A DNA stretch of 63,816 bases, counting the filler, from Rhabdomonas costata (lineage: Eukaryota), in the NCBI GenBank assembly GCA_019059605.1. It is 42 parts of 42 records of this genome, joined end to end, with 100 filler letters (N's around TTAATTAATTAA, not from the genome) between each part and the next. Parts side by side here need not be neighbours in the genome. Positions count along the whole stretch, not along the records: positions 61,121 to 62,547 come from JAHMHO010016235.1; positions 62,648 to 63,816 come from JAHMHO010016386.1; 40 more parts are not named here. One strand, written 5' to 3'. Below the pieces are notes generated by a model, which was not told the origin of the DNA, did not search any database, and saw only the letters and a program-made list of their open reading frames with translations. The position numbers and the translations under genes are program-made. This document shows positions 61,793 through 63,816 of the stretch, piece after piece (position 1 is the stretch's first letter; every line of letters starts with the position of its first letter).

Positions 61793-62647
61793 GGCAGCAC
61801 ACATGCGCATACCTCCAAAAGGGTTTCCTTTTCCTTCTCCTTGAGATCCGAAATAGAATTGGTCACAGTCTTCACCTAAAGAGAAAACACGGGATAGGGC
61901 TGGAAGCTACCAAACATTCCAACCCATGGCAGAAAGAAAACTGAATTCAATGAGAGCAAAAGAAACGGCGGGATTCCTGGAAATGTGCCATTTTTGTGTT
62001 TGGAGTTTCACACAGGAGATCGTTAAATTGTGCCGATATGGCGCTGCTCTTCAAAACAACAGTAAACCTGTGGACAACACACTCCGCCTGCATGTTTTTA
62101 AAGAAGCGCTTCCTCTCTGAATGTAATTCGTTCAGGGTGCGCCAAGCTTTCTTCCACCTGTGGGGTTGTGACTTCAATTCTGCTGAGGGTCGCCCAATAG
62201 GGACGTACTTTCTTTTTTTGCTACAATCCAATTTCTCGTCCCGCTTCTTCTGTAATCTTGCGGGTGGATACATCACAAAACACATACTACTTCAAACAAT
62301 ATCCTTTCCAAGGAGCAGGGACAAGCCCAAGCAGGCCGGGGGGGGGGATTTTTGCATGAACAGCAGGCATCCCGAAACGCTGCATATGACCGGTGCTTGG
62401 GATCAGGGTGTCCCCATATTCCCCCAAAACAAGTAACTGGAACCGTACATAATTCAAAAACGGTTCTGGAAATCTCATTTACGAAATCAAGCACTTCAAT
62501 TTAAGATCCGACACGTCACAAGAAAGAGGATCAAGTTCACAAAAACCNNNNNNNNNNNNNNNNNNNNNNNNNNNNNNNNNNNNNNNNNNNNTTAATTAAT
62601 TAANNNNNNNNNNNNNNNNNNNNNNNNNNNNNNNNNNNNNNNNNNNN

Positions 62648-63065
62648 ATTGCTCATGTTGACACTATATGATGTCCTGGACGTCTGCAATGACGAAAAAA
62701 AGTTCCGAGAGTGGCTGAGCGGTTATGGGGTTCTCCGAGAGCCCCCTTCTACGTGCTACATAAACATATGCGCACGCAGGCGAGGGAAAATTGTAATGGT
62801 GAATGTCAAGACAACATTGCAAACCTCAGAGGATCTGCGCAGAGGAGCACAGCGTCTGGCTCCACCGCAGACCCTGGACAGAGGTAATCCGACAGCAGCG
62901 TGTCCAGGTGGGATCCAGAGGCCTACAGCGAAAGAAGCAAAGAGTGCCGATATATACTGGATATACTGGCAGTTTGATTTACGTGTTGCCCTGACCAGAA
63001 CCACCACAGATGACACATTCTTCATTCCAGGGCAAAATTGACTTGCGTAAATTTGTTTTGGTACA
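62648..63065 (+). mobile_element. Possible decayed Merlin/IS1595-like transposase N-terminus
   Basis: CNDEKKFREWLSGYGVLREPPSTCYINIC...DDTFF, then a frameshift, then QGKIDLRKFVL. Resembles the zinc-ribbon and TFF..SKL region upstream of the DDE core; no DDE core is seen. Confidence 0.35.
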
Positions 63066-63210
63066 GGTTCGATTGGATGCCTTCTTGCGCGCTCTTCTTC
63101 GCTGGCGACTTCGAGCTATAGTCCGTTTTAGGCCAATGGTGTTGATGCCAAATCACAACTCCTCCGAAACAAGAACGGACAGGAACGGAAGGTGACACAA
63201 TCAAGCACAC

Positions 63211-63756
63211 CGTATCCCAGATTTGGAGCCACACGTCACATCCATCCTCCGCGAGAAAGCTGCGGTGGCCAAGCTCCAGGCCCACGCTCAGCTCCGCCGT
63301 GTCAGCAGGGGCCCGAGACGCGTGCCCTGTAAAACAGACCACGCAGAATGCACAGCACACCTAGCACATCTGCGGCTCTAGAGTAGAAATCAGGAGAGCA
63401 CCACCATGCACCAGCGCACAGCTCACCAAGCAGCAAGCCACCACTTACCTCATGCCACAGCCAAAAAAGGGCTCGGAGCATCCGGGAGAAAAACACCAAA
63501 CGGTAGGTTGTCACGCGGTGACGTACGGAACAAGACAAAACAAGAAGAAGTCGCTTTGCACGTGCAGCGCCTCCCAAACCAGCGAGTAAGGTAAGCAGAT
63601 TGCTCCGTTAAAAGCGGTAAACCCCTCATCAACGACGGCGATACGCAAGGTCAAGGTGAGCAAGTCAAGACAAAAAGACATATACCACGCTGCACAACCC
63701 GCTGGAACAGGCTCGTCTTGCCAGACTGGGAATGACCGAGCAGTAGCACCCGAAAG
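63211..63756 (-). CDS. Divergent Rab-like small GTPase (2 exons)
   Basis: Exon 63756-63686 FRVLLLGHSQSGKTSLFQR (P-loop) plus exon 63326-63211 ..LSVGLELGHRSF..DVWLQIWDT; phase-1 GT-AG junction. Confidence 0.8.
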
Positions 63757-63816
63757 CTGTGTTTAACTGCACATACAAAAAATAAAAGAAGGGTAGCCAC
63801 CAACACTATGCAGCAA

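Overview
This window is not a contiguous locus. It is a size-sorted concatenation of 42 unlinked contigs of about 1,426-1,431 bp (the last is truncated), joined by 41 artificial 100-nt linkers (N44-TTAATTAATTAA-N44), so no neighbourhood inference across linkers is valid. Most contig 5' ends are G/T-only and most 3' ends A/C-only, suggesting degenerate-primer whole-genome amplification. The DNA comes from an intron-rich flagellated eukaryote using the standard code, most likely a euglenozoan such as a euglenid (inference). Exons that splice in frame across GT-AG introns encode IFT dynein heavy chain (DYNC2H1), WDR78/IC138, RPC3, a MORN protein, a TPR protein, a LIM protein, a cNMP-binding protein, a Rab-like GTPase, a PA200-like protein and an ODA-DC3-like EF-hand protein. 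Single exons encode zeta-COP, an ATG2-like N-terminus, a DRC5-like protein and a Bacteroidetes-type PurF segment, and four contigs carry class III nucleotidyl-cyclase fragments. Mobile or decayed DNA includes a CRE/SLACS-like retrotransposon 3' part, an intronless frameshifted USP protease, two perfect 55-57 bp inverted repeats, and weaker Merlin-, gag-, tyrosine-recombinase- and SINE-like remnants. I found no demonstrable new system. The best leads are complementary half-degenerate cyclases, a 26-nt non-GT-AG interruption in a LIM domain, a GC-AG intron, intron-bearing genes of bacterial type, and the intronless USP relic. All family calls come from motif recognition by eye, not database searches.
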